NCBI GenBank assembly: GCA_028288925.1
Contig: JAQGHG010000002.1
Coordinates: 1-54,443 of the forward strand
Direction of reading: 5' to 3'
Length of the DNA stretch: 54,443 nt
From: Patescibacteria group bacterium
GTDB taxonomy: Bacteria > Patescibacteriota > Saccharimonadia > UBA4664
The position numbers and the translations under genes were made by a program. The notes under the pieces were generated by a model. That model saw only the letters and a program-made list of their open reading frames with translations, was not told the origin of the DNA and searched no databases. Within the stretch, counting starts at the first letter, position 1, and each line of letters opens with the position of its first letter. Positions 25,562 to 34,507 of this stretch are shown piece by piece.

Positions 25562-26079
25562 TTATTTTGATGGGTCCGACGGGCGCCGGGAAATCGGTGC
25601 AGGGTGATCTGTTGGCACAGGACTATCAGGGCGTGCATCTCTCGAGCGGCAAGCTGTTGCGGCGGGATCCTCACGCGGCGGCTTTGACCGTGGGCGGGGG
25701 CTTGGCTCCGGCGGCGGAAGTGGAGCGGGTGATAGGCGAGGCGATTGATGAGATACCGGAAGGCCAGCTGATTATTTTGGACGGCTTCCCCCGGACCGAG
25801 AGCAATGTGCGTTGGATTGATAACGAGCTTTTGAGCCATCACCGCCAGCTCAAAAAGGTGGTACTGATTGATCTGGACCTGCCGACGATTCTGAAACGGC
25901 TAGAGTTGCGCGACCGGGCGGATGACGCGCCGGCGGCGGTCCGCGCGAAATGGGATATTTTCCAGAACCAGACGATGAAGGTAGTAGAGCACTACCGCGA
26001 GCTGGGGAAGCTGGCGGTAGTAGACGGCCGCGGCAGCGTGGAAGAAGTGCATGAGCTCATCAAGGAGGCAGTGAAATGA
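25549..26079 (+). CDS. adk: adenylate kinase (short form)
   Basis: 176 aa. P-loop GPTGAGKS, NMP-binding LSSGKLLRR, and ILDGFPRT. Overlaps dgkA by 13 nt and map by 4 nt. Confidence 0.75.
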   Translation: MENLIILMGPTGAGKSVQGDLLAQDYQGVHLSSGKLLRRDPHAAALTVGGGLAPAAEVERVIGEAIDEIPEGQLIILDGFPRTESNVRWIDNELLSHHRQLKKVVLIDLDLPTILKRLELRDRADDAPAAVRAKWDIFQNQTMKVVEHYRELGKLAVVDGRGSVEEVHELIKEAVK

Positions 26080-26843
26080 TGAATCAAGTGAAGACCGCCG
26101 CCGAGATAGAGCGGCTGCGGAAGAGCGGCGGGATTTTGGCCGAGGTGCTGCGGCGGCTGGCGGCGGCTCTGGAGCCGGGCCAGACTACGGGGTATTTGGG
26201 CGATATGGCGGCGCGCGAGCTAGCGGCGCTGGGCGGCAAGCCGACGTTTTTGGGCTACCGGCCGGACCGTCATACCAAGCCGTTTCCCTCGACGATTTGT
26301 ATCTCGGTGAATGACGAGATCGTGCATGGGATTCCGGGCGAGCGGGTGATTGTGGCGGGCGACCTGGTGGGCTTGGACTTTGGCGTGGATTATGAAGGCA
26401 TGATGACCGACGGCGCCATTACGGTGGTGGCGGGCGGTAAGCCGACGCCGGCGCAGGTGCGGCTGTTGACGGCGACTGAGCAAGCGCTGGAGGCCGGGAT
26501 CGCGCAGGTGCGGGCCGGCGCCCGGACCGGCGATATCTCGCAGGCGGTGGAGCAGCGGCTGCGGCGCGACAAGCTCGGCGTGATCGAAGAGATGGGCGGT
26601 CATGGCGTGGGCAACCAGGTGCACGAAGATCCGATTATTATGAACTATGGCCGCGCCGGTACCGGCATGCGGCTTAAGGCCGGTATGTCGATCGCGATCG
26701 AGCCGATGGCGGCGCTGGGTCGCAGAGAAATTTATGTAGACGATGACGACTGGACGATTAGGATGTCGGATGGTAGTTTGGGCGCTCAGTTTGAGCATAC
26801 GGTACTGGTGACCGAGGATGGTTTTGAGATTTTGACACAATAG
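26076..26843 (+). CDS. map: type I methionine aminopeptidase
   Basis: 255 aa. ICISVNDEIVHGIP, DLVGLDFGVDYEGMMTD, GHGVG and IAIEPM..EHTVLVT metal-ligand blocks. Confidence 0.93.
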   Translation: MMNQVKTAAEIERLRKSGGILAEVLRRLAAALEPGQTTGYLGDMAARELAALGGKPTFLGYRPDRHTKPFPSTICISVNDEIVHGIPGERVIVAGDLVGLDFGVDYEGMMTDGAITVVAGGKPTPAQVRLLTATEQALEAGIAQVRAGARTGDISQAVEQRLRRDKLGVIEEMGGHGVGNQVHEDPIIMNYGRAGTGMRLKAGMSIAIEPMAALGRREIYVDDDDWTIRMSDGSLGAQFEHTVLVTEDGFEILTQ

Positions 26844-26873
26844 TCTGCAACCAGGCTTTTGTGTTCAGGCTGC

Positions 26874-26967
26874 GGAATGCTATCTAGCTTGGCTCGCGAA
26901 CTCGACCCTAGGTGTTAGCGGGACCCGTTGTCCTGTTAGGCGCTCGCTGGCGACTAGATAGCATTCC
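26874..26967. repeat. 94-nt hairpin element (copy 1 of the GGAAT...ATTCC element family)
   Basis: Perfect 14-bp arms GGAATGCTATCTAG (26874-26887) and CTAGATAGCATTCC (26954-26967) around a 66-nt interior. The interior and flanks are similar to the element at 6275-6367. Confidence 0.7.
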
Positions 26968-27096
26968 TTCGCTCTACCTCATCTGGGAATAGGCTTTGGT
27001 GGGTAGGATAGGATGTAGATCTTGAACACATTACTTGTTCGGTTGAATAATCTGTTGCTTCAGAGGGCGAGGGTATATACTGAGGCAATACGGTGA

Positions 27097-27126
27097 TTGC
27101 GCGATGTATGGCGTAAGAACTATAAT
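27097..27126 (+). promoter_or_regulatory. candidate ftsA promoter
   Basis: TTGCGC (27097-27102), an 18-nt spacer, then TATAAT (27121-27126). The SD GGGAG precedes GTG 27155. Confidence 0.4.
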
Positions 27127-27154
27127 ATGATGCAATAGGGAGCACCAAACGCGC

Positions 27155-28381
27155 GTGGCGGCAAAACAGACAGAACAAATCTACATCGGGCTAGACATTG
27201 GCAGTACCAAGGTTTGTTGTGTAGTGGGCCTGCACGAAGAAGGCGCGGCACTGCCGAGCGTAATTGGCGTGGGCGTGGCTCCTACCAGCGGCATGCGCAA
27301 GGGCGTGGTGGTGGATGTAGAGGAGACGGTGTCGTCGATTACGGCCGCCGTAGATGAGGCTGAGCGGATCTCGGGCGTGGCGATCGACCGGGCGACGATC
27401 TCGATCGACGGCGCGCACGTTACGAGTCAAAATTCGCGCGGCGTGATCGCGGTGGGCCGGGCTGACCAGGAGATCATGGTAGACGACGTGGTGCGGGTAG
27501 AGGAAGCGGCTACGGCGATCCAGCTGCCGCCCAACCGCGAGATTATCCAAGTATTTCCGCGCTCGTACTCGGTGGACGGCCAGACCAACATTAAGGACCC
27601 GGTGGGTATGAACGGTGTGCGGCTCGAGGTCGAATCGCATATTATTTCGGGCTCATTGCCGGCGATTAAGAATTTGGACCGGAGTATTCATCAGGCTGGG
27701 ATCGCGATCCAGGGCCAGGTGCTGGTGCCGTTGGCCGCGGCGCGGGCTGTGCTGACCAAGCGGCAGAAGGAACTAGGCGTGGCGCTGGTGGATATCGGTG
27801 GTGGCACCACGGGCGTGGCGGTGTACGAAGAGGGTGACATTTTGTACTCGAGCGTGCTGCCGGTAGGGGCCGGGCACATCACCAATGATTTGGCGATTGG
27901 CCTGAAGACGAGCATTGATATCGCCGAGAAGATTAAGCTCAAATATGTGCGCGCGCATACTTCCAAGGCGAGCCTGAACGAGAAGGTGAAGGTCGAGGAG
28001 CTCGATGGCGAGGTGACGCGCAAGGAGCTGCAGAACATCGCCGGCGCGCGGCTCGACGAGATCTTCCAGCTGGTACGCGCCGAGCTCAAGAAGGTCGGCA
28101 AAGACCTGATGCTGCCGGGTGGCGTGGTGCTCACGGGCGGTGGCGCCAAGATGGCCGGTATCGAGGAGCTGGCCAAAGAGGCTCTGCAGTTGCCGGCGGT
28201 GGTGGGCAAGCCGGAGGGCTTTAGCGGTATCGTGGACCGTATTAACGATCCGGCGTTTTCGGCGCCGATCGGCTTGATGCTCGAGAATATGAGCCATGGC
28301 CAGCAGGAGCAGGCGCCGGGCGCGGGGATCGGCCAGACGGTGGACCGGCTCAAGAAGACGTTGCGGAATTTGTTGCCATAG
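27155..28381 (+). CDS. ftsA: cell division protein FtsA
   Basis: 408 aa. Actin-fold motifs IGLDIGSTKV, VDIGGGTTGVAVY and VLTGGGAKMAGI. Confidence 0.92.
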   Translation: MAAKQTEQIYIGLDIGSTKVCCVVGLHEEGAALPSVIGVGVAPTSGMRKGVVVDVEETVSSITAAVDEAERISGVAIDRATISIDGAHVTSQNSRGVIAVGRADQEIMVDDVVRVEEAATAIQLPPNREIIQVFPRSYSVDGQTNIKDPVGMNGVRLEVESHIISGSLPAIKNLDRSIHQAGIAIQGQVLVPLAAARAVLTKRQKELGVALVDIGGGTTGVAVYEEGDILYSSVLPVGAGHITNDLAIGLKTSIDIAEKIKLKYVRAHTSKASLNEKVKVEELDGEVTRKELQNIAGARLDEIFQLVRAELKKVGKDLMLPGGVVLTGGGAKMAGIEELAKEALQLPAVVGKPEGFSGIVDRINDPAFSAPIGLMLENMSHGQQEQAPGAGIGQTVDRLKKTLRNLLP

Positions 28382-28481
28382 CGGGCGTCTGATGTCATTA
28401 ACGAGTATGTTTGACGCAAATCTGTTACAATAATGGCATTACTAGCAGGAACACATTATTAGCAGTTATGTCAAGTCTTCA

Positions 28482-30074
28482 TTGGTAGGATATTCATCTG
28501 AGGTTGAGGCGTGTATAAGGCATGATTCTAAGGCCTTGCGACAGGACTTTGAGAAACTCGTAGGGGTAGATGTTGCTGTGCCCGCGGGGGAGCCGGCGTA
28601 TTGGACGCTGCCGCGGGAGAGCGGCAGTTGGCGCTTGCCGGCTGATAGTACGGGATCGCGTGATAATGACAGGCTCATAATGCTACCCGTGCGCGATGAT
28701 TCGTATAAATCGAACGCGTATTTGGCGGTGATCCCGCAGCCCATGATCATGCACAAGAAGGTCTCCAAGATGTTGGAAGACTACGCTTGGCGGTTGTTCC
28801 GGCATTATCCAGTGGAGAATTCTTTGGCTCGGCGTGAGCATGGAGTACCGATGCTCATCGGCCGCTTTGACGTTATCGTTGATCAAAACGGAGGCGTCCA
28901 GATATGCGAGCTTGATGATGTGTGTAGTCTGTGGCCGGCTATGGCGCAGATAAATCCTATCACCGAAACCTATCTGAGAGCGCTTGAGCATCAATTGGGC
29001 CAGTCGATTTATACGGCTGAGCTGTTTCAGTATGCCGACTGGCCGCTCGATGCTTCGCCGCGGGTGCGTAAGGAGTTTTGCCGGATTTGGTTTTTTGAAG
29101 ATGACGGGAAGCGGATTCCCGCCTACGTTCCGCGGGCTGACTCGTTCCGAATGGCGATATTAAAGAACGACGGTTTGAACTGGCGCCGCAGTCAGAGTAA
29201 TACCGACCGGAACGCGGAATATTATGAGCGTATTTTGCAGCGGTTTTATCTCCATAATGAGGACCATTGGCGGGGCGATATCAACGACGCCTGGCTATTG
29301 AAGGGCGAGAAGTTCCGTTTGGATGAAGTGGCGTTGTCGGTGCGGGCTCACCGGGGCATGCCGGGCTTCCAAGAGCACATGGACCGCTATGGTTCCCGTA
29401 GCATCACTATGGCCTGGGAGCGGGATAGTAAGTGGTCGCTGGTGGCCGAAAAGTTGGCGGTACTGGCAGCCGATCTGGAGGTGGCCGTGGCTTTTGCCAA
29501 GGAATGGCAGGCTGATCATCCCGACGCGCTGCTGGTGTTTAAGACTTTGTATGGCGCCCGTACCGAGGGCACAGCCATCTTTAGCAGCAAGGGCACCAAG
29601 CTCAAGGGTGTTTCGTCGGCGAGCCAGATACGGCGGAAGTTTGGAGATGCGGCTCAAGAGCCAATCGTGATACAGCCGTATAAGGAGCCTGATCACCTCG
29701 CGACGGCGAAGGTGAACTTCATTGGGGCGGCCGAAGAAAATGATCGTGACATATATACGGATAGGTCGCTCATACGAAGCGTGGAGCACATGGGCAGCAG
29801 CTCCCCGGGCGAGCGGGTGGTGGCCGGGATGGAGAGCCATTTTCCGATGATTTTCCGTAGCTTCGTGGTGTACCTGCCTCATGAAAAGCGCCTGGTGAAT
29901 ATTGGGGGTTTGTGGCAGGCGACCGATGGGCGGATCGTGCATGGCGGCGCCCATTCGGTAGCGGGGCCGTTGTATGTCGATGGTCTAGTAGGACATCCTG
30001 ACGGTAGGCGGAGTGTCGGACTAGACCAGGCCGAGGCAATGATACGGAGTAAGTATTTGGAGCTGGTTGGTTAA
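28482..30074 (+). CDS. hypothetical protein, GSP-synthase / circularly permuted ATP-grasp-like
   Basis: 530-aa ORF with a TTG start; the start is uncertain, and in-frame ATGs lie at 28680 and 28743. LIGRFDVIVDQNGGVQICELDDVCSLWP resembles the GRFD...E-x-N-x-D motif of PF03738-type enzymes. Later blocks LLVFKTLYGARTEGTAIF and EPIVIQPY resemble the KP..G..G / Q-x-Y nucleotide-binding elements. The assignment is by motif recall only. Confidence 0.45.
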   Translation: MVGYSSEVEACIRHDSKALRQDFEKLVGVDVAVPAGEPAYWTLPRESGSWRLPADSTGSRDNDRLIMLPVRDDSYKSNAYLAVIPQPMIMHKKVSKMLEDYAWRLFRHYPVENSLARREHGVPMLIGRFDVIVDQNGGVQICELDDVCSLWPAMAQINPITETYLRALEHQLGQSIYTAELFQYADWPLDASPRVRKEFCRIWFFEDDGKRIPAYVPRADSFRMAILKNDGLNWRRSQSNTDRNAEYYERILQRFYLHNEDHWRGDINDAWLLKGEKFRLDEVALSVRAHRGMPGFQEHMDRYGSRSITMAWERDSKWSLVAEKLAVLAADLEVAVAFAKEWQADHPDALLVFKTLYGARTEGTAIFSSKGTKLKGVSSASQIRRKFGDAAQEPIVIQPYKEPDHLATAKVNFIGAAEENDRDIYTDRSLIRSVEHMGSSSPGERVVAGMESHFPMIFRSFVVYLPHEKRLVNIGGLWQATDGRIVHGGAHSVAGPLYVDGLVGHPDGRRSVGLDQAEAMIRSKYLELVG

Positions 30075-30231
30075 GCTAGTTGTGGAAAACCTTTATTCGG
30101 GCGATTTTTTGGGTCCTGGAGAAAATAGGTGTTGTTCATTGTTTTGATGTGGCTTGCATGGGGCAAAATTGGGCACTATTGAATAGTTAATTTATGCAGT
30201 GCTAAGCCACATTTTGACCTGAATAAGTAAT

Positions 30232-30260
30232 TTGCATTCATTTTGGAGAGCAGTTATAGT
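30232..30260 (+). promoter_or_regulatory. candidate ftsZ promoter
   Basis: TTGCAT (30232-30237), a 17-nt spacer, then TATAGT (30255-30260), within a 242-nt AT-rich spacer. The SD AAGGAG precedes ATG 30317. Confidence 0.5.
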
Positions 30261-30316
30261 CAGCTTTGTACTCGCTTGTAACCGCGGGTCCTGTGGTAAG
30301 GAGTTAAAAGAACGCA

Positions 30317-31738
30317 ATGGCCGAAATTCTCCCCGAGGTTGATACGTCAGCCCGGATCAAAGTTATAGGGTGTGGTGGTGGTGGTGGTTCGGCCTTGAAC
30401 CGCATGATCGACGCGAAGATGCAGGGTGTGGAGTTTGTGGTGATCAACACCGATGCTCAGGCCCTGGTACATTCGAAGGCCCCGCAGAAGATTCATATTG
30501 GCCGCGAAACGACGCGCGGCTTGGGCGCGGGCGCCGATCCGGAGGTGGGCCGCAAGGCTGCCGAGGAAAGCGAAAAAGAAATTTACGAGGCCGTAAAGGG
30601 CGCCGATATGGTGTTCATTACGCTGGGCGAGGGTGGTGGCACCGGTACCGGGGCGGCGCCGCTGGTGGCCGCGGCCGCTCGCGAGGCGGGCGCGCTGGTG
30701 GTGGCGATCGTGACAAAGCCGTTTACGTTTGAGGGCGAGCGGCGGCGGCGGAGCGCTGATGCTGGCATCGTGGAGCTCAAGGACAACGTCGATACGCTCA
30801 TCACGATTCCGAACGACCGGCTCTTGCAGATGATTGACCGCAAGACCTCACTGGTGGACGCCTTTGGGATCGTGGACGAAGTATTGCAGCAGGGTGTGCA
30901 GGGGATCTCGAGCCTCATCACGATACACGGCTTGATCAACTTGGACTTCGCTGACGTGAAGGCCATCATGAGCAATGCCGGATCGGCGCTGATGGGCATC
31001 GGCCGGGCGTCGGGCGACAACCGGGCGGTGGAGGCGGCGCGCCAGGCGATTGATTCGCCGCTGCTGGAAACCAGCATAGAAGGCGCGCGCGGGGTGCTGT
31101 TTAACATCACCGGCGGCCGTAATATGACCATGCACGAGATTGATGAAGCGGCCAAGGCCGTGACCGACGCGGTAGACCCGGACGCTAACATTATCTTTGG
31201 CGCTGTGCTCGATGAGAATATGGACGACGATTTGCAGATTACGGTGGTGGCGACGGGTTTTGACGCCGTGCGCAAGCCGGTGAAGCACCATGAGGCGGCG
31301 CCCAAGCGCGAGGAGCATCATGTGGCAGCTGTACCGGTAGCGGTGGCCGAGCCTGAGCCGGACCCCGAACCTGAGCCGTATACGCCTCCGGTGATGCCGA
31401 TGCCGCGCCAGCCGTTCATTAATGAGCGGCCGCAGATCGCGCCGGATCCCGAGGTAGTGCCGGTGCGCCAACCGGCTACGACGCAGGCGCCGCCACGGCG
31501 ATTCGCGTCCTTGGCCTCGATAGAGCCCGAGGACAACGAGCCGGAGCAGCCGGCGCCGCGGGCCGGCCACATGGTCCACCCGGCGCATTCGGCGAAGCAT
31601 GATGCTGAGCCGGTGTACGAGGAGACGGTGGAACCGGTCGCATCGAAATCGCAGCCTCTGGCCGAATCTGAGCTGGGCTTGCCGCTGGGCGATGACGATC
31701 TGGACGTGCCGGCCTTTATCCGTCGCAAAGTAGACTAG
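30317..31738 (+). CDS. ftsZ: cell division protein FtsZ
   Basis: 473 aa. Tubulin signature [10 protein letters not shown] and the NTDAQAL block. A long Pro/Glu-rich linker ([15 protein letters not shown]..) precedes the conserved C-terminal peptide [12 protein letters not shown]. Confidence 0.95.
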   Translation: MAEILPEVDTSARIKVIGCGGGGGSALNRMIDAKMQGVEFVVINTDAQALVHSKAPQKIHIGRETTRGLGAGADPEVGRKAAEESEKEIYEAVKGADMVFITLGEGGGTGTGAAPLVAAAAREAGALVVAIVTKPFTFEGERRRRSADAGIVELKDNVDTLITIPNDRLLQMIDRKTSLVDAFGIVDEVLQQGVQGISSLITIHGLINLDFADVKAIMSNAGSALMGIGRASGDNRAVEAARQAIDSPLLETSIEGARGVLFNITGGRNMTMHEIDEAAKAVTDAVDPDANIIFGAVLDENMDDDLQITVVATGFDAVRKPVKHHEAAPKREEHHVAAVPVAVAEPEPDPEPEPYTPPVMPMPRQPFINERPQIAPDPEVVPVRQPATTQAPPRRFASLASIEPEDNEPEQPAPRAGHMVHPAHSAKHDAEPVYEETVEPVASKSQPLAESELGLPLGDDDLDVPAFIRRKVD

Positions 31739-31777
31739 AAAATCTGATGCTGCTTATGGTAAAGTAGCTACAACAAG

Positions 31778-31815
31778 CCGGGACACTAGTGGAGGGTGCT
31801 AGTGTGCCGGTTTTT
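31778..31815 (+). terminator. rho-independent terminator after ftsZ
   Basis: CCGGGACACTAG (31778-31789) pairs with CTAGTGTGCCGG (31799-31810) at 11 of 12 positions, with a 9-nt loop, followed by TTTTT at 31811-31815. Confidence 0.7.
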
Positions 31816-31853
31816 GTATGCAGGACCTACCGGCGCCGTGTATACTCGGAGTA

Positions 31854-32117
31854 ATGATTGCGTATGTGCTCTACAATCGAAATACACCGGCCGAACGGAC
31901 GGCTGCCGATTTGATGAAACGGCTGAAGACCGAGCAGGTTGAGGCTGAGCTGCTCGATGCTGATAGCCCGCGCGGTATCCAAATGGCCGAAAGCTACGAT
32001 GTACTAGGCCGGCCGGCGGTGGTACTGGTGAAGGCCGATGGAACGCCGTTGCAGATCTGGCAAGGCGAGGACAGCTTGCCGTCGCCCTCGGATGTAGCTT
32101 ACCTGGCGCGGCAATGA
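31854..32117 (+). CDS. hypothetical 87-aa protein
   Basis: ATG 31854 lies 7 nt after TGtATACT (31839-31846). Translation MIAYVLYNRNTPAERTAADLMKRLKTEQVEAELLDADSPRGIQMAESYDVLGRPAVVLV.. suggests a thioredoxin-like topology without a CxxC motif. The stop overlaps the yggT start. Confidence 0.55.
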   Translation: MIAYVLYNRNTPAERTAADLMKRLKTEQVEAELLDADSPRGIQMAESYDVLGRPAVVLVKADGTPLQIWQGEDSLPSPSDVAYLARQ

Positions 32118-32374
32118 TTGGGTTGGTAGTACTGACATTCGTAGACCTGTTTGTGCCGGTCTTCAATATGCTGCTGATCGTGCGGGTGGTAATGAGCTAC
32201 TTCGCTGGTCCCGAGAATAGGTTTTTTGCTTGGCTGATGAGCATTACCGAGCCGGTGCTGGCGCCGGTGCGGCGGGTGATACCGGCTACGCCGGGGATTG
32301 ATCTGGCGCCACTGGCGGTTTTCTTTTTGCTCCAGGGGGTGAGGTACGCGGCGCACTGGCTGATCGGAGGCTAG
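32114..32374 (+). CDS. yggT: YggT family membrane protein
   Basis: 86 aa, two TM. ..LLIVRVVMSYF...ITEPVLAPVRRVIP...IDLAPLAVFFLL.. Located downstream of ftsZ, as in Gram-positive dcw clusters. Confidence 0.85.
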   Translation: MIGLVVLTFVDLFVPVFNMLLIVRVVMSYFAGPENRFFAWLMSITEPVLAPVRRVIPATPGIDLAPLAVFFLLQGVRYAAHWLIGG

Positions 32375-32377
32375 CTT

Positions 32378-33208
32378 ATGTCTGATATCCCATCGATAAC
32401 ATTGAATAATGGCTTGAAGATGCCCCAACTCGGGCAGGGGGTATGGCGGATACCGCCGGAAGAGGCGGCCGATAACGTGCGGGCGGCGATTGATAGCGGC
32501 TATCGCCTGATCGATACGGCCGCGATCTACCGCAACGAAGCCGGAGTGGGGGAAGGCGTGCGCCGGAGCGGCCTGCCGCGCGAGGAGCTGTTTATAACGA
32601 GCAAGCTGTGGAATAGCGACCAGGGTTACGACGCTACCATCAAAGCCTTCGAGATGAGCCTGGACCGGCTGGGGCTGGACTACCTGGATTTGTACCTGAT
32701 CCACTGGCCGCAGCCGATGTTTGATACTTACGTGGAGAGCTGGAAAGCGATGGAGCGGCTCTACAAAGAGGGCCGGGTACGGGCGATCGGGGTGAGCAAC
32801 TTTGAGCCCGCGCATTTGGAGCGGCTGGCGGCCGATTGCGAGGTGGTGCCGGCGGTGAATCAGGTAGAGCTGCATCCGCGGCTCACGCAAGCCGAGGTGC
32901 GCGCCTACGACCACGAGCACGGCATCCAGACGGAGTCGTGGAGCCCGCTTCGGGGCGTGATAGAGGACGTGCCGCCTGTGATCCAGGAATTGGCCGTCAA
33001 GTACCACAAGACACCGGCGCAGGTGGTGTTGCGGTGGCATATCCAGCTGGGGCTGGTGGTGATCCCGCGCTCGTCTAGACGTGAGCGGATCCGCGAGAAC
33101 CGCGACATTTTTGATTTTGAGTTGGACGCTGCGGATGTGCGGGCGATTTCGGCGCTTGATAACGGCGGGCGGCTGGGCGCCCATCCGGATACGATGGATA
33201 GGCGATGA
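32378..33208 (+). CDS. aldo/keto reductase (2,5-diketo-D-gluconate reductase-like)
   Basis: 276 aa. GYRLIDTAAIYRNE, LFITSKLWN, YLDLYLIHWP, IGVSNF and NQVELHP blocks. Confidence 0.9.
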   Translation: MSDIPSITLNNGLKMPQLGQGVWRIPPEEAADNVRAAIDSGYRLIDTAAIYRNEAGVGEGVRRSGLPREELFITSKLWNSDQGYDATIKAFEMSLDRLGLDYLDLYLIHWPQPMFDTYVESWKAMERLYKEGRVRAIGVSNFEPAHLERLAADCEVVPAVNQVELHPRLTQAEVRAYDHEHGIQTESWSPLRGVIEDVPPVIQELAVKYHKTPAQVVLRWHIQLGLVVIPRSSRRERIRENRDIFDFELDAADVRAISALDNGGRLGAHPDTMDRR

Positions 33209-33798
33209 GCAAAGTAAAATGCGGCATAGCTGTTTCGGTCGATAATTGTGTGGCCGGCCATAACATGACGGAAGCCAAGCCGTTTGGCGATATGCCGACG
33301 AATTTGTTGCACCGGTGGATGTTTGACGAGCCGGAGCAGCACAAGGCGGAGCTGGCGGCTTTGACTGACGCGGGCGCGTACATCATGGGCCGCAATATGT
33401 TCGGCCCGAGCGGTGGGGAATATGACAAGACCTGGCAAGGCTGGTGGGGCGACGAGCCGCCGTACCACGCGCCGGTGTTTGTGCTGACGCGTACCCCGCG
33501 CGAGCCGATCGTAATGCAGGGCGGCACGACGTTTACTTTCGTGACTGACGGCATCGAATCGGCGCTGAAGCAGGCACGGGCGGCCGCGGGCGAGCGCGAC
33601 GTGTCGATTGCCGGCGGCGCCAACGTGGTGAACCAGTACCTGGCGGCGGGGCTGATTGATGAGCTGTGGCTACATATTGTTCCGGTGATTTATGGCGATG
33701 GGAAGCGATTATTTGAAGGGGTGGGGATGACAAATCTAGAGATTTTGGATGTGCGGTCTACTCCTATGGTGACGCATGTGCGGTATGAGGTGAAATAG
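33205..33798 (+). CDS. dihydrofolate reductase-family (RibD C-terminal domain) protein
   Basis: 197 aa. ..YIMGRNMF.., ..DVSIAGGANVVNQYLAAGLIDELWLHIVPVIYGDGKRLF. Confidence 0.8.
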   Translation: MSKVKCGIAVSVDNCVAGHNMTEAKPFGDMPTNLLHRWMFDEPEQHKAELAALTDAGAYIMGRNMFGPSGGEYDKTWQGWWGDEPPYHAPVFVLTRTPREPIVMQGGTTFTFVTDGIESALKQARAAAGERDVSIAGGANVVNQYLAAGLIDELWLHIVPVIYGDGKRLFEGVGMTNLEILDVRSTPMVTHVRYEVK

Positions 33799-33819
33799 GT
33801 AACAAATAGGGAGGGTGGT

Positions 33820-34419
33820 ATGAGAAAAGTAGTAGCACTAGAGTTTCTATCGCTAGACGGCGTGATGCAGGCGCCGGGTGGCCCGGACGAGGACCGGTCG
33901 GGTGGGTTTAAGTTCGGCGGCTGGACGTTTCCTTACATGGACGATACTTCCGGTGAGGTCATGACCAAGCAGATGAGCCAGCCGTTTGATTTGCTGCTGG
34001 GCAAGAAGACGTATGAGATTTTTGCCGCCTACTGGCCCAAGCAGACCGGCGAGATCGGCAAGCTCTTCAATAAGGTCACCAAGTATGTGGTGGGCGAGGA
34101 TGTGGACGCGAGCTGGGAAAAGACGGTCGTGATCCAGGGCGACATGGTAGGGGAGCTGACGAAGCTGCGAGCGGGGGATGGCCCGATGCTGCAAGTGTAT
34201 GGCAGCGGCAATATGCTGCAGACGCTGCTCGAGCACGATCTGGTGGACGAGCTCTGGCTCAAGACCTTCCCGGTGACGCTCGGTAAGGGCAAGCGGCTAT
34301 TTGGCGAGGGAACGCGGCCGGCGGCGTGGAAACTGACGGAATCGATGGTGACGCCGGCCGGGGTGATCGTGGCGAATTATGTACGGGATGGGGAGGTGAG
34401 GACGGGGTCGGTTGAATAG
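33820..34419 (+). CDS. dihydrofolate reductase-family (RibD C-terminal domain) protein, paralogue
   Basis: 199 aa. ..LSLDGVMQAPGGPDED.., LLLGKKTYEIF, and VYGSGNMLQTLLEHDLVDELWLKTFPVTLGKGKRLF. Confidence 0.8.
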   Translation: MRKVVALEFLSLDGVMQAPGGPDEDRSGGFKFGGWTFPYMDDTSGEVMTKQMSQPFDLLLGKKTYEIFAAYWPKQTGEIGKLFNKVTKYVVGEDVDASWEKTVVIQGDMVGELTKLRAGDGPMLQVYGSGNMLQTLLEHDLVDELWLKTFPVTLGKGKRLFGEGTRPAAWKLTESMVTPAGVIVANYVRDGEVRTGSVE

Positions 34420-34507
34420 GGGTGATTGATGAGTTGTAGAGGTGAAAAGACGGCTCACTGGGGGTTTATAACGCAGGGTGATGTGGTAGCAGTCATCCGC
34501 TATACTT

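Noticed and set aside
32099-33184. 361-aa minus-strand ORF opposite yggT and the aldo/keto reductase
   Set aside because: It is a shadow ORF with Arg/His/Pro-rich composition. The sense genes are confidently assigned.
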